This document shows positions 1 through 11,548 of a stretch of DNA of 64,000 nt, in pieces (within the stretch, counting starts at the first letter, position 1; each line of letters opens with the position of its first letter). The notes below the pieces were generated by a model. It saw only the letters and a list, made by a program, of their open reading frames with translations, ran no database searches and was not told the DNA's origin. The translations under genes were made by a program, and so were the position numbers. Source of the stretch: Lama glama (Eukaryota); NCBI GenBank assembly GCA_028534125.1, contig CM052817.1, forward strand, positions 46,378,001-46,442,000, in the 5' to 3' direction.

Positions 1-535
1 ATTCATATCCAGGTTTGTAGGTCTTGAAGTTACAGTAGAGGTCGCGACAAAGAACAACAGCTGGGCAATGCTGAAAAGAGTGGGGATTCAAATATACATT
101 GAGTGTCTGCTCGATTCTATGTGCTGCAGGGTGCAGGCTTTTTCTGTGGTTTAGTGTGTTGGAGTCTCACACCTGGTAACCTCACCAGGCAGGATTATCA
201 ATCCTTCATCTATGAGTTAACTGGGATTCAGAGAGGTTGCTCTTAGTCACACAGGCAGCAAATGGGGGAGCTTGGGTTCTAAATCAGAGCAGTGTGACAT
301 GTGATGCTCTTCCACCTGGGCCAGGTGGCTGCCCGTGGGCACCAAGTGGTCCTGTCACAATGCTTGATTAAAATACCATTTCCCTGAAACAAAGAAATGA
401 TGGTTGTTGTTGTTTTTTGCCAGAGGAAACATTTTGAGCATATTTAAATATATACGAGGATCATTTCTTTTTTAAAAAAATTTTTTAAACAATTTATTTG
501 GTTATGAATATATGACTTTTTTTTTACTTGTTTTT

Positions 536-770
536 CAGCTTTATTGAGGTATAATTAGGAAGATTGTAAGACATTTAAAGTGTACATTGTGATGATTTGA
601 TATGTGTATACATTGTGAAAGGATCCCTCCCATCTAGTTAATTAACACGTCCATCACCTCACACACTTTTTTTTTTTGTAAGAACATATAAGTTCTACTC
701 TCTTAAGAAATTTCAGTTACACAGCACAGTATTATCAACTAGTCACCACGTTATACATTAGATTCTCTGG
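536..770 (-). mobile_element. L1 (L1MA/L1MB-like) 3' end fragment
   Basis: Starts with T-rich tail then 'agctttattgaggtataatt...tacattgtgaaagga...gttatacattaga', the typical antisense L1M 3' UTR. Confidence 0.65.
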
Positions 771-1534
771 CTTATTTTTTTTTCTTCAAATATTTATCTG
801 GAATCAAATGTCTGGCATTTATCTGGCTATTTCAATTATTTTCAAACATATGAGATAGTATAATAGTGATTTCATTCATAGATTTGAGACTGATTTTAGA
901 CTATTATTGTAAGTAGATCTAAGTCTTCTAAAAATGAGAAACAATTCATGTGAAAAATATAATAGAATTTCTGTGACACCCTAATAATGATACCTATCAT
1001 TTATTAAGTATATAATCTGTATTAGATAATGAGCTAAATGGCTTAAAAAATGTACCTTAATGAGCCCTCAGCCCTCTTCTGGGTTCCTTCCATCACCTTT
1101 GTTTTAGAGGTGAGGGAACGGAGGCAGAAAGAGCAGCGTGGTCACGCAGTGAGGAAGCTGTGTGGTGGATTCAAGCACTGGAGACTTTTTGTAGGTACTG
1201 CTCTTGAACGCCATGAGGCTCCAAGTGAGGGGACAAGGGCTACTCTGCTGAAGGCAACAATGAGCAGTATACACACGAAACTTCAGAAAACCTTAAATTG
1301 TGCAGATCCATGTTCTATAGGGTCATACAACTATGGAGACGCTCTAAAAGAAAAAAGAAAAATTACAATGTAAAAATGAAACTTGATTTTGAAAAAAATA
1401 TATATAAAAATATATATATAACAAATAAAAAATTTATGGGGCTGAAAAATACCACTAAAGAAAATTAAGATGATAGTGTGTGCTTATTAAATAACCACTT
1501 GCAACACCATTAAAATACTTCTACTATTCAGTTT

Positions 1535-1666
1535 TTCTTTTGGGGGGTAGTAATTAAGTATTTATTTATTTACTTACTTACTTATTTTGTATAGAGGTAC
1601 TGGGGGTTGAGCCCAGGACCTCGTGCATGCTAAGCATGCACTCTACCACTGAGCTACACTCTCCCC
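1535..1666 (-). mobile_element. tRNA-derived camelid SINE (Vic-1-like)
   Basis: Reverse complement reads ggggagagtgtagctcagtggtagagtgcatgcttagcatgcacgaggtcctgggctcaacccccagtacctc, with Pol III A/B boxes and an A-rich tail. Confidence 0.85.
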
Positions 1667-2640
1667 TATGATCTCCAGTTTGGGTTACATAATCTTGTTT
1701 TCCTCTTCACATAACAAGGATTTTTAAGGTGATCGGCTATACAAAGAGTAGAAAGATAGTTTATTCTTTCTGTTAGGTTGGTTGATCAAAATTTGTTTTT
1801 ATTGTAGATAGCTGGATCTGTAATTTCATAGATGGATGCACTGAACTATTTGTTATGCTACTGGAGGTGTGTGCTCTACAAACATAGAAATTCTGATAAA
1901 TTCTATGTAGCATGATTCCAGTCAAGTAGGGAAAAAAAGTGTGAAACATTTACAATTGTAAACCCTGCATTATTAAGTATATTCCTGAAATGGGAAGATT
2001 TGTTTTGTCTAAGGTTGATGTGTACTGAATCCTCTGCTCTTGACTTTGCACTTTAATCCTTGAAAGAAATTCCCCCAGACTAACTTCTGGCTCTGCATAT
2101 TTCCAATCTTGTTTCTCCCATACCTGCATCATTTTAGTATTGTGTACCTTAAGACCATTCTGATTGTTGCATCAGGAAGCTAGGGGAGCAGGCACACTGA
2201 GCAGAAGGGTACTCCTAGAAGCTAGTCTCACACCAGGATGGCTAGTAAAAACAGAATCATTCATAACACGACTGTGAATCTGTAAAATAAATATCATTAA
2301 GTCTAAACTAAATTTAGATATCCTCAACTCAACTTCTCAACCAGACCTCAAAAGCACAGCCACATCAGTGTCGTCCAGTAGAAGAAGTATAAAGAAGGAA
2401 AGTGGGAGGGAGAAAAATAAGCAGTTCTAACCAATTTGGTTAAAATATGTAACTTCAGCAAATCTTATAAAAATATATGACCATTGCTAGGGCCCCTCCC
2501 AAGACCTTGAAAAATGACTACCTACTGAAGGTTTTGGAGCTCAAGCTAATTGGCTTCATGAAGAATTCCCCTATGGCTGTGATGAAGTTCTCATCTATCC
2601 GAGTGGCATCATTGCCTAAAGCATGTAAAAATGTTCATTC

Positions 2641-2860
2641 TTTTTTTTTTTTCATTGAAGTATTGTCACAATGTGTTAATTTCTGGTGTACAGCACAATG
2701 TCCCAGTCATGCATATATTTGTTTTCATATTCTTTTTCATTAAAGGTTATTGCAAGATATTGAGTAGTGTTTCCTATGCTATACAGAAGAAATTTGTTTT
2801 TATCTATTTTCTATATATATCATTTGCAAATCTCAAACTCCCAAATTTATCCTTATCTTT
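2641..2860 (-). mobile_element. L1 3' end fragment (artiodactyl/camelid type)
   Basis: Poly-T then 'attgaagtattgt...ttaatttctggtgtacagca...ggttattgcaagatattga', similar to the L1 end at 53521. Confidence 0.7.
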
Positions 2861-3295
2861 AGGTTAGGAATCTGTGACCCTAGTAACTGGTAACTAGTGA
2901 CCATTATAAGAGTTTTCTGTTGTATGGTCAAAATGGTGAATATTTTTACATAAAGCCCACGTTAGGGTAAGTTCAAAGAGAGTTTTCTTTTCCTCAGTTT
3001 AGTGTTTTGAATTAGTCATATAGATTTCTCACTGTCCTTCTGGATGTCTACCCAAACTACTCTCACATTGACTACATTAAAATTTGTATGTTAAATTTTA
3101 ATTTGTCATATTTGTAAACTAACTCTCATTTGGTTTCCTCTTTGGGTGCTCCTAAAGCAAAGTTATTGTGGGAGATTTTTTTCAAGGGCTGATTTATCAT
3201 CAGGATAACAATGCCCCATGACCCTTTTTCTCTGGAGGCACCTAGGATACAAATATTTGGAGAAAGGGATTTTAAAGGGAGATTCTGAAGTCCTT

Positions 3296-3360
3296 GGGAA
3301 ATTCCACAATTGTTCTTCATAGCCACGTCAACAAATGACATGGCCGGGGTCCGTGACTCA
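3296..3360. promoter_or_regulatory. Candidate inflammatory enhancer: NF-kB, C/EBP, CRE/UPRE-like and AP-1 motifs
   Basis: GGGAAATTCC 3296-3305; overlapping ATTCCACAAT (TTGTGGAAT, C/EBP-like) 3301-3310; CCACGTCA (TGACGTGG) 3323-3330; TGACTCA 3354-3360. Confidence 0.5.
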
Positions 3361-5169
3361 TGTGTTAGGCATGCTAAAGTTGGAATAGAGTCAACAGAAG
3401 GAAGCTGGCCTCAGACACAGAGACTCTTGGCTGCTGAGCCAGAATAACTATGAAAGATTTATTCCTTCCAGCAGATTCTTCTTGAGTGTTCACACGTATG
3501 AAATACTTGAGATACAAATTCAGCTCCTATTGTTAAGGAGAAAGAAACCAAAAAGTGACTAGGAAGGGGTCCAGTGGGCCGTAGGAAGGCTCACAGACAG
3601 AAGAGGGCAAACCTTGAGATCTTAACTCCTATGGTGAGGGGGAGGTTGGAAGAAGGAACTTATAGGAAGTGCAAGCAGGGTTGAATTCTAAAGGTTGCAT
3701 AGGTTTTGTCATGCAAAAAAGGGGAAAGGTATTCCAGACAGAGGGACTTGTATGAACAAAGATTCAGAGGTACCAGAATTGAAAGACTGAAGCTAAGGAT
3801 GGGAGGAGAGACAGATCTAGAGAAGAGTCTGGAGAATTCAGAAGAGTCCAAGCAGAGAAAACTTATCAGGGCAAGAATGTAAAGTATCCTGGACACCATG
3901 GCAAGGGGGTAAACACTGAAGATTAAAGCTGGGAAAAGACATGGTTAGATTCATATTTTAGGAAGTTTACTTAGCAGAAGTGAGTGAATGGTGGAAGGGG
4001 AGAGCTTGAGGGTAGATCATTTAGGAGATTCCTATGGTTGATCTGGGGGAGAGAAAGAGGGCTCAGTCTAGGGCAGTGAAGCTAGGAAGGGAGTAGAAAT
4101 TCACTAAGAAACTTCTAAAAAATTTTTAAAAGACTAGGCCGAGTAACATGTTGAAATACTTCACGAATGCAAGTAGAAGTCGAAGTAGAAATACTGGCCA
4201 GACAATTGTGATATAGAAGCACCGACTGATGTTAAAATATGCTGACAACAAAACAGAAGGCGAAATAGCCAAGACGTAAACATGACACACAAGATATATA
4301 CAGATACATATATACCGAACCCTTAATAGCCATAATCCCTGGAGAGTGAGATGACGATTTTTCTCTTCTTTTTTATATTTTTATGTCCTCAAAAATGAAT
4401 CACTTTGTAATGCAGAACTATGACAGAAGTTAAGAAGAAAAGAACGATGAAAGGAAGTGGAAAAGAGAGGGCAAAAGGATAGAAGGAAGAAAGGAGACAG
4501 ATTTCGGAGCTGTGTAGGAGACATACTCTGTGATGTGTGGGAAGTGAAAGTGGCTCCATAAAGAGAGAAAGAGTCATGATTCCTACAGAGGCCTCTTTAA
4601 CTTAACTTATTCTAGAAATTTCTACAAAGCAAGCATTGCAGGCTCTGGGATTCAGGTAGGCAGGTGGGGGAGTAAACGTGAGGTTGGAACCAAGGTAGGT
4701 GAGCACGTAGTCGTGCTCCCCTGACTGTCCATTGGTTTAGCCGCGCCTGCCGAGGTGACTGGAGGGGAATGTGTTTTGTAGGAAAGCAGCAGCCTCTGAG
4801 TCTGGTTTCTTGAATAGAGGCTGCCTCGCTGAAGTCGGATCCCTGACAGGCTTCCCAGCTCTGCCCAGTCCCTGTACAGCCCTAGGCTCTTCTTCTCTGA
4901 CTCAGAATTTGATGCCGTGTTGCTTGTATGTGTTAAGAATTTGAACATGTTGGAACAGAAAATTGTGATAAATACTCAGCCATTAATTGCCTTGGCAACT
5001 GCTTTTTCTTTTCTGAACTCTTGGAAAATGAACCATAATCCTCATAATTACATTAATAACAATAGTGACGATGATTTTTTAAAATGGATGATATAATATA
5101 TTTGCCAAAAGGTCTAGGGGTAATATCAACAACTCCATTGAATGTTCGAAGATTCAAATTTAGGGGTAA

Positions 5170-5725
5170 TGTTACTATTGTTTGTGTATATGGAAATAGG
5201 GATATATTCTTATATGATGCACTGAGAAGTACAAAACATCACCCTGGGATGTTGCTGCCCAAAATGAATCTAACCATGAAGAAATATCAGACAAATCCAA
5301 ACTGAGGAAATTCTGTTCCAGAATAAAGAAGACTAAAGATATTTGGCAACTAAATGCAATATGCAATCCTAGATTTGGATTCTGGAATACTTATCTCTCT
5401 CTCTCTCTCTGTCTCTATCCATTAGTCCATTCATCATTCATCTATCCATCCATCCATCATCCATCCATCCATCCATCTATCTCTTTATCCATCTATGTAA
5501 AGAATATCATTGGGACAATGTCATAAAGTGAATAAAGTTTGTAATTAAATAATAGTATTGTGTGACTGTTCATGTCCTAGTTTTGATAATTGTAACTGGT
5601 TGTGGGAGAGTTTTCTTGTTCTTAGGAAACACTGAGAAATCTGAGAGAGGAGTATTCTAGAATTCTCTATACTATTCTTGCAACTTTTCTATAAGTTCAA
5701 AGTTATTTCAAAAGAAAAATATTAT
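5170..5725 (+). mobile_element. Old L1 (L1MC-like) 3' end with internal (TC)n/(CATC)n microsatellite
   Basis: 'aatctaaccatga...aaatccaaactgagg...actaaatgcaat...ttgcaacttttctataagt'; similar to the element at 60590-61140. Confidence 0.6.
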
Positions 5726-5772
5726 AAAAATTAGGAATATAAATACAAATAATCAAATTGAGAGATGTGTAC

Positions 5773-7002
5773 TGTTATGGGCTGAATATCTGTGTCCCCT
5801 CAAAAGTCATACACTGAAACCTAATCCCCAGTGTGACGATGTTTGGAGGTGGAGCCTTTGAGAGTTTTCATAAATTAGATTACAGACATACCTTGTCTGG
5901 AACGAAACTCACATTACAGATATGTGGCTTCCATTCCAGACAACCCCAATGGAGTGAATATATCAATAAAGCAAGTCACATGATTTTTTTGGCTTCCTAG
6001 TGTATGCAAAAATTATTTTCACTCTATACTGTAGTATACATGTGCAACAGCATTATGTCTAAAAAAAACTGATGTAGAACACATTGTTGTGGCTGGTTGA
6101 TCATCTACCTAGACCACTAAAACTTTTTCCATATCAGCAATAAAGCTGTTGTACTTTCTTATCACGTGTTCACCAGAGGAGGACTTTCAATTTCCTTCAA
6201 GAACATTTCCTTTGCATTCATAACTTGGCAAGTGTTTGGCACAAGAAGCCAAGCTTTCAGCCTATCTTGGCTTTCAATGTCTTCTTCATCAAGCTTAATC
6301 ATTTCCTGTTTTTGATTTAGAGTGAGAGATGTGTGACTCTTCCTTTCACTTGAACACTTACAGGTTATTGCAAGATTATTAATTGGCCTAATTTCAATGT
6401 TTTTATGTCTCAGGGAATAGGGAGGCCTCAGGAGAGGACGAGTGATGGAGGAAGCCATCACAACACACGCATTTCTTGATTAAGCTTGACATCTTACATG
6501 GGCATGGCTCTTGGTACCCTAAAACACTTACAATAGTCACATCAAAGATCACTGATCACAGATCACCATAACAAACATAATAATAATGAAAAAGTTTGAA
6601 ATATTGCCAGAATTAACAAAATATGACACAGAGACAAGAAGTGAGCAGATGCTGCTGGAAAAATGGCACCAATAGACTTGCTCCACGCAGGGCTGCCACA
6701 AAACTTCAATTTGTAAGAAATGCAATATCTGCTAAATGCAATGAATCGGAGCATAATAAAAGAAAGTATGCCTGTACAGCCCTTATAAGAGACCCCGAGA
6801 GCTCTCCTACCCCTTCTGCCAAATGAGGACAAAGTGAAACGAAGGCCATCTCTAACCAGGAAGCGGGGTCTCACAGACACCCAATCTGCTGGCATCTTGG
6901 TCTTAAACTTCTCAGCCTCCAGAACTTTGAGAAATGGTGTTTGCTGGTTAAGCCACTCAGTCTGTGGTGCTTTTGTTACAGCAACCCTAACAGAATAAGA
7001 CA
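5773..7002 (+). mobile_element. MaLR LTR (MLT1/MST-like) interrupted by Tigger1
   Basis: 5' end tgttatgggctgaatatctgtgtcccc; 3' end ttttgttacagcaaccctaacagaataagaca; split by the DNA transposon at 5883-6774. Confidence 0.8.
5883..6774 (-). mobile_element. Tigger1 (Tc1/mariner) internally deleted copy
   Basis: TIRs CAGACATACC / AGTATGCCTG flanked by TA duplications (5881-82, 6775-76); ORF 6162-6461 has transposase-like text (SSERKSHTSLTLNQKQEMIKL...AKEMFLKEI). Confidence 0.85.
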
Positions 7003-7185
7003 TGTACGTTGAACAGAACTGTTCTTATACCAAATCAGTTCAACTTAGAGCATGCTGAAAATTGAAGTAGTAGTGTTTGTTTCCCTCAGGGTTAGTTTCA
7101 AAGTGCAGGGGGACACATTGGATTTTGTCTCATTTCCAGTAACAGTGCAAGGATGAGGGCCCACAAACCTTTAGTGTTGCAATAA

Positions 7186-7192
7186 TATAAAA
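7186..7192 (+). promoter_or_regulatory. TATA box of the CXCL8-like pseudogene
   Basis: TATAAAA about 100 nt upstream of the decayed start codon, preceded by 'gatgaggg' as in the IL-8 promoter. Confidence 0.6.
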
Positions 7193-7292
7193 CGCCTCAG
7201 GAGAACTCGAGCCAACACAAGTCCTCAGAGATGGCCAAGCACACCAGTGTCTGAGGCTGCAGGAAACTGGAAAGAAAGGGCCCAGAGTAAAC

Positions 7293-7363
7293 ACGACTTC
7301 CAAGCCCACCATTGCTCTGTTGCTTTCTTGGCGGTTTCAGGCTTCCTGTAGCACCATGTGAAG
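7293..7363 (+). pseudogene. CXCL8-like pseudogene exon 1 (signal peptide)
   Basis: gtaaac ACG ACT TCC AAG (IL-8 has gtaaacATG ACT TCC AAG, MTSK) through TGT GAA G|gtaggcacatc; ATG to ACG, 8-nt duplication (attgctct/gttgcttt) and a 1-nt deletion. Confidence 0.85.
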
Positions 7364-7618
7364 GTAGGCACATCCGTCCGGTCACTAGAGTTTTCTTTTG
7401 TCTAATTTTGATCCTCAAAGCAAGGCTATTCAAAATGCTTTAAGAACAAACATTGATTTTTATCTGAGCAAAAACATCTGTTTGGATTCATTTAATGTTG
7501 ATAGTGATGTAAAATGACTTCCACAGATCCTAGACACTTTGACCTTTGTGGGGTTTTCCCATGATAATGATATAAATATTAAAAAATGCTTTTTGACAAA
7601 ACTTTACTATTTTTTACA

Positions 7619-7735
7619 TTTTTGGGGGGAGGTAATTAGGTTTATTTTATTTTATTAATGAAGGTACTGAGCATTGAACCCAGGACCTTCTGCACACTAG
7701 GCATGCACTCTACCACTGAGCTATACCCTCCCCCC
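7619..7735 (-). mobile_element. Camelid SINE (Vic-1-like) in intron 1 of the CXCL8-like pseudogene
   Basis: Reverse complement gggagggtatagctcagtggtagagtgcatgcctagtgtgcagaaggtcctgggttcaat. Confidence 0.85.
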
Positions 7736-8355
7736 GATATAACTTTCAATACTTCAACTTTTTTTTTTCTGATTTAGGCAAATTTTGTAGATTTTTGGGG
7801 ACTTCCCAAATTTCATCTATTTTTCTATTGTGTGAAGAACAAAACACTTTCTTTGACTCTAAAGCTTTATTTTTTTCTTTTCATTTTAAAAGAAATTGAA
7901 ACATTTTCACAAGCCTCTAATATTGTTGTGGGCCATCTCACATCTTTGTGAAACAGTCGTATGTTTCTAGTAATTCTTTCTGAAGGTGATTTCTTTGTTA
8001 ATGACCTCCTATAAATACCATTATGGTGTCTCAGAGAATTCTGCAAAATCAAGTCTACAAAAAAAGCGCCATTCTACAAAAAAGTGCCATATGGAGTTTC
8101 AGTATTAATTTAAAAAATACAAATATTACATATATTCATGTAAAAAGTTATTCAAAACAGTCAGTGAAAGTCATTTGAAAGAAAGGAAATTGATGCCAAA
8201 GTTTGGCCAAAAATTAGCCTTTTACTTGAGGGAATCTATTCCTTAAAATTAAGACATTTTCCATGGTCCTTAAAATCATCATATTAGAGTTTAAGGAGTC
8301 TCTAGCAAGCTGTGCCCTCTAACGAAACCAGTCTCTTTTCCATTATGTTTCACTG

Positions 8356-8490
8356 CTTCCATCGCGCCAAGCCTGAGTGCAGTGTTCAGTGCTAGCGCGT
8401 GAGGGCATGTTCCACTCCCTCGTATCCCAAATGCATCAAAGAATGAAGTATGACTCAGAATAGATCCCACTGTAATAGCTGAGAAGTCAT
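8356..8490 (+). pseudogene. CXCL8-like pseudogene exon 2
   Basis: 135 nt (IL-8 exon 2 is 136): SIAPSLSAV/QC*RVRACSTPSYPKCIKE*SMTQNRSHCNS*EVI versus IL-8 ...[37 protein letters not shown]; acceptor AG to TG, donor gtaagt to atcaat. Confidence 0.8.
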
Positions 8491-9040
8491 ATCAATGCTT
8501 TTAAAAGTGCTGAGTAATTTTGTATCAGTGAATGTAGAATGTCTAGGTACTGAGTGTTCAGATGTAAAAAAAAAAAAACAGCAAGAAAAAAATCTGTCTT
8601 TGTGAAACTTAACACGGTACAGAAGTCAAATTAGTTTTAGTCGTAGCCCTTATTTCTGAATCCTAGATCAGTGGTTTCATTTATTTGACGTAAGCAAACT
8701 CCAAAACACAGTCTAGGGAGCTGGTTAACCTCCATCCTGTAGAGTTAAAGTAATTAGAGAAGCAGGAGAGAGCTTTTGAAATAATAATTAAATTTGAATT
8801 GAGAATTAGTGTGATTGAAGTGACTAGGTGCCTGGGAATTCCTTTACTGTGACTGCTCAGTCCACTGGCCTTTAGCAATATAAGTGAGGTGCTGTGGCTA
8901 CCAGAAAATTGTGAGGAAATCCTGTTGGAGTCATTTCAGTTCTCCACTGAACCCAAAGGTCCATGATTTCAATGGCAAAGGAATATCTAAAACCAGATAA
9001 ATAATTCATCTCAAAAATCTGTCTTCTTTTTTTTTTTTAG

Positions 9041-9123
9041 TGTGAAGCTCACCCAAGAAGATCCCTCTGCCTGGACCTGCAGCAAAAGTGTGTGCTGACA
9101 ATGGTACAGATAGTTTTGAGGAG
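9041..9123 (+). pseudogene. CXCL8-like pseudogene exon 3
   Basis: Intact splice sites (ttttttag|T...AG|gtgagt); 83 nt versus 84; VKLTQ/RSLCLDLQQKCVLTMVQIVLR versus IL-8 VKL..G..xCLDPK.KWVQKVVQ.FLKR. Confidence 0.85.
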
Positions 9124-9441
9124 GTGAGTTGATTTTTCTCAACTAAAAGTCTTCATTTATTGTGGAACTCCTAAGGAAAATTCAGAGAACTCATCTCCTC
9201 AGTTACATGATAGTATCTCACTAACTCCTCTTGCCTTTTTTTTTTTTTTTTGCTGCTGCTTGAAAGTTTTCTTTCGTGTATTTGCCTCTTCAAAGATAGA
9301 AAAAAAATTGAAATAGCAACTTGCCCTTTTTAATAACTGAAAATGTAGAGCAAAACAGTAAACCTAACAATGTATTAATTTCTCCAAAAAAGCACAATAA
9401 AAAACTCTGTTTTTTAATTCATCGTTCTTAATAGCTTTTAG

Positions 9442-9460
9442 GGATGAGAAAAATAAATGA
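9442..9460 (+). pseudogene. CXCL8-like pseudogene exon 4 coding remnant
   Basis: ttttag|G GAT GAG AAA AAT AAA TGA (RDEKNK*; compare IL-8 RAE...*), followed by IL-8-like UTR 'ggtttccaa...aaacttcaagtaaat'. Confidence 0.7.
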
Positions 9461-9558
9461 TAAAAAGAATTAAAGGATAATTCTTCCACGGTTTCCAAAA
9501 ATATCTCAATGAATATGCTAACAAAACTTCAAGTAAATAAAATCAGAGCTCTAGCCAA

Positions 9559-9943
9559 TGCTGTTGGAACACCCCTCTCCCCCCACAACTGCCCTGTTCT
9601 CACAACTTCAGGGTTCACTGTGTCTAGTCTTTGAAGGCTTTCTCTGGCCACTGGATTCCACTATACCAGCAGAGCCAAAGGATGGAAAAACTGGGAAATT
9701 ATTGCCCCTGGAAGCAGCCTTGAGTTATTGACTCACCAGAGTAGTGTATAAATAGTCAAACTCCTCTCCCCTCAGGTGGGATAACTCTAAAGCACAGAGC
9801 AGTAGCTGACACTTTATTGATTGCTTTCTCTTTCCTTCACTATCATTTCCCCCTCCCTCTCATGTTTCCTGGGATCACTTCCAAAATTAATTACTTGAAT
9901 CCATATCTAAGTGACAGCTTTTAGGGACAACCAAACTAAGACA
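9559..9943 (+). mobile_element. ERVL LTR (LTR16-like) inserted in the pseudogene 3'UTR
   Basis: TG...CA ends; 3' end 'tttcctgggatcacttccaaaatt...acaaccaaactaagaca' resembles LTR16/33 termini. Confidence 0.55.
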
Positions 9944-11507
9944 ATAGCTTTGACTGCTCTGTGGGGCTGGAAACCAACTGTTGAGTTTAGTTTCTACTGA
10001 ATTTCTAAAGTAGGGTGAAAATATCCACTTTGTATCATACAGAAGAATTGTGAGAACATGTAGAAATGCTTTAAGTTGTTAAACAGACATATAAAATATT
10101 ATTTTTGAATGTAAATTAGTTCAAATATAATGTAACATGTACATAGATTAATGAAATGTTACTGTAGACAAATTACAAAGAAAAAATATTAAGAGGATAA
10201 TACAAGGGTTTACTAGACATTTCTATTTATTTTAGACTCTTAATGGTGTTCTGCCACTGCTCTCATCTCATCTCTTTCTGCCATCTCATCTCTCATCTCT
10301 TTGCTGGTACCTTGCCTTTTAGTTTTACTCAGTTATAGCTTGAACCATGTGACTCTTGTGCTAGAGCAACACCTCTATAATAGTTTCATTATACTTGAAA
10401 AACAAAATAGCAAGAATTCACTTGACAAGGTGTTCTGTGTCATTGTTGGTCAACATTATTTATTATGTACCATAGGCTGTCATTATTTTATTTAAATGCC
10501 TTTTGTCAACACCAAGTTTTATTTATTTAATTTTAAAAAAGATCTTTATTCCTATTTTCCCAGACAGATTCTTTTTCTTCTACAATTTTGGTAGTTTGGA
10601 AAAATATGTGTTTGCTCTGTTCTCTCTAATTCCATCTTCCCTTTCTTCCTCTCTCCCTTCTTTTCTTTATTTCCTTCCTTCCTTCTTACCTCGCTCTCTT
10701 CCTGTAAATACAAACTTTTCTAGAAAGCTTTTTATTTCATCAATCACATTTTGACTTAGAAAATTTAAAATCTTCCACAGAAACTTTTATACCTTTTTTT
10801 CCAAAATACAGAACTAATTCCAGAGAGGATTTATATACTTGAATCTCTTAGTCTGGGAATTTTCTCTCAAGTTCTCATAGTGAGGCATTAGGAAAAGCAC
10901 CTCACATTTCAGATACTTGTTCCCAAGGCTAACTTCAGACTCTCCACCAACCAGTGGCTGTGCTTAGCAAGGCTAGCCCTCCTAGGCTCTCAGCAGGAGC
11001 AGGGAGGACACACATTTGATGAGGAGCTTATCAGTCAGATAAGGAAATAAAATTTTCACATCTGAAGCAAAGAAAATCCTCTGACTGTATCCTCTGAAGG
11101 TAAATTTACCAGCTTTTATTGTGTATCTAATTTGTGCCATATTGTTTACATCTTATTAACTGTTCACAATAATGCCATGAAGTGGATGGAATCCCCATTT
11201 TATCAGTGAGGAAATTGAAGCTCCAGGAGGTTTAATAAGTTGTTAGAGTTGATCTGAGTGGTACAGGGTAGCAGAGCCAGGCAGATGCTCAAGTGAAAGG
11301 TAATCTGGTTGAATCTCATCAGGATGTCACTTCCAGCGACTGTGTTCTGTGATCCCACTACCTTCAGGACACCCAGACTAAATTATGTTGTAAAGATCAT
11401 AAGGCATGATATAGATACGGTAAGGTTTGGACTAGCCAAGGTATTGACTGTGTTAGAGGTTCTGATGTTTGTGGATTCCTGGCACCTGAAGAATTTGTTT
11501 TCCCCTT

Positions 11508-11548
11508 TGCTGCTCCCTGCTGCTCCCTGCTGCTCCCTGCTGCTCTCT
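11508..11548 (+). repeat. 10-bp tandem repeat (TGCTGCTCCC) x about 4
   Basis: tgctgctccctgctgctccctgctgctccctgctgctctct. Confidence 0.9.

Larger units (their letters stand above)
7186..10600 (+). pseudogene. Unprocessed CXCL8 (IL-8)-like pseudogene, 4 exons plus a 3'UTR remnant
   Basis: Exon 1 7293-7363, exon 2 8356-8490, exon 3 9041-9123, exon 4 from 9442; exon sizes, phases and intron and UTR edges resemble IL-8. Lost start codon, frameshifts, stop codons and broken splice sites. The 3' boundary is approximate. Confidence 0.85.

Noticed and set aside
4701..4718. Perfect hairpin GAGCACG-TAGT-CGTGCTC
   Set aside because: A 7-bp stem is expected by chance in 64 kb and has no supporting context
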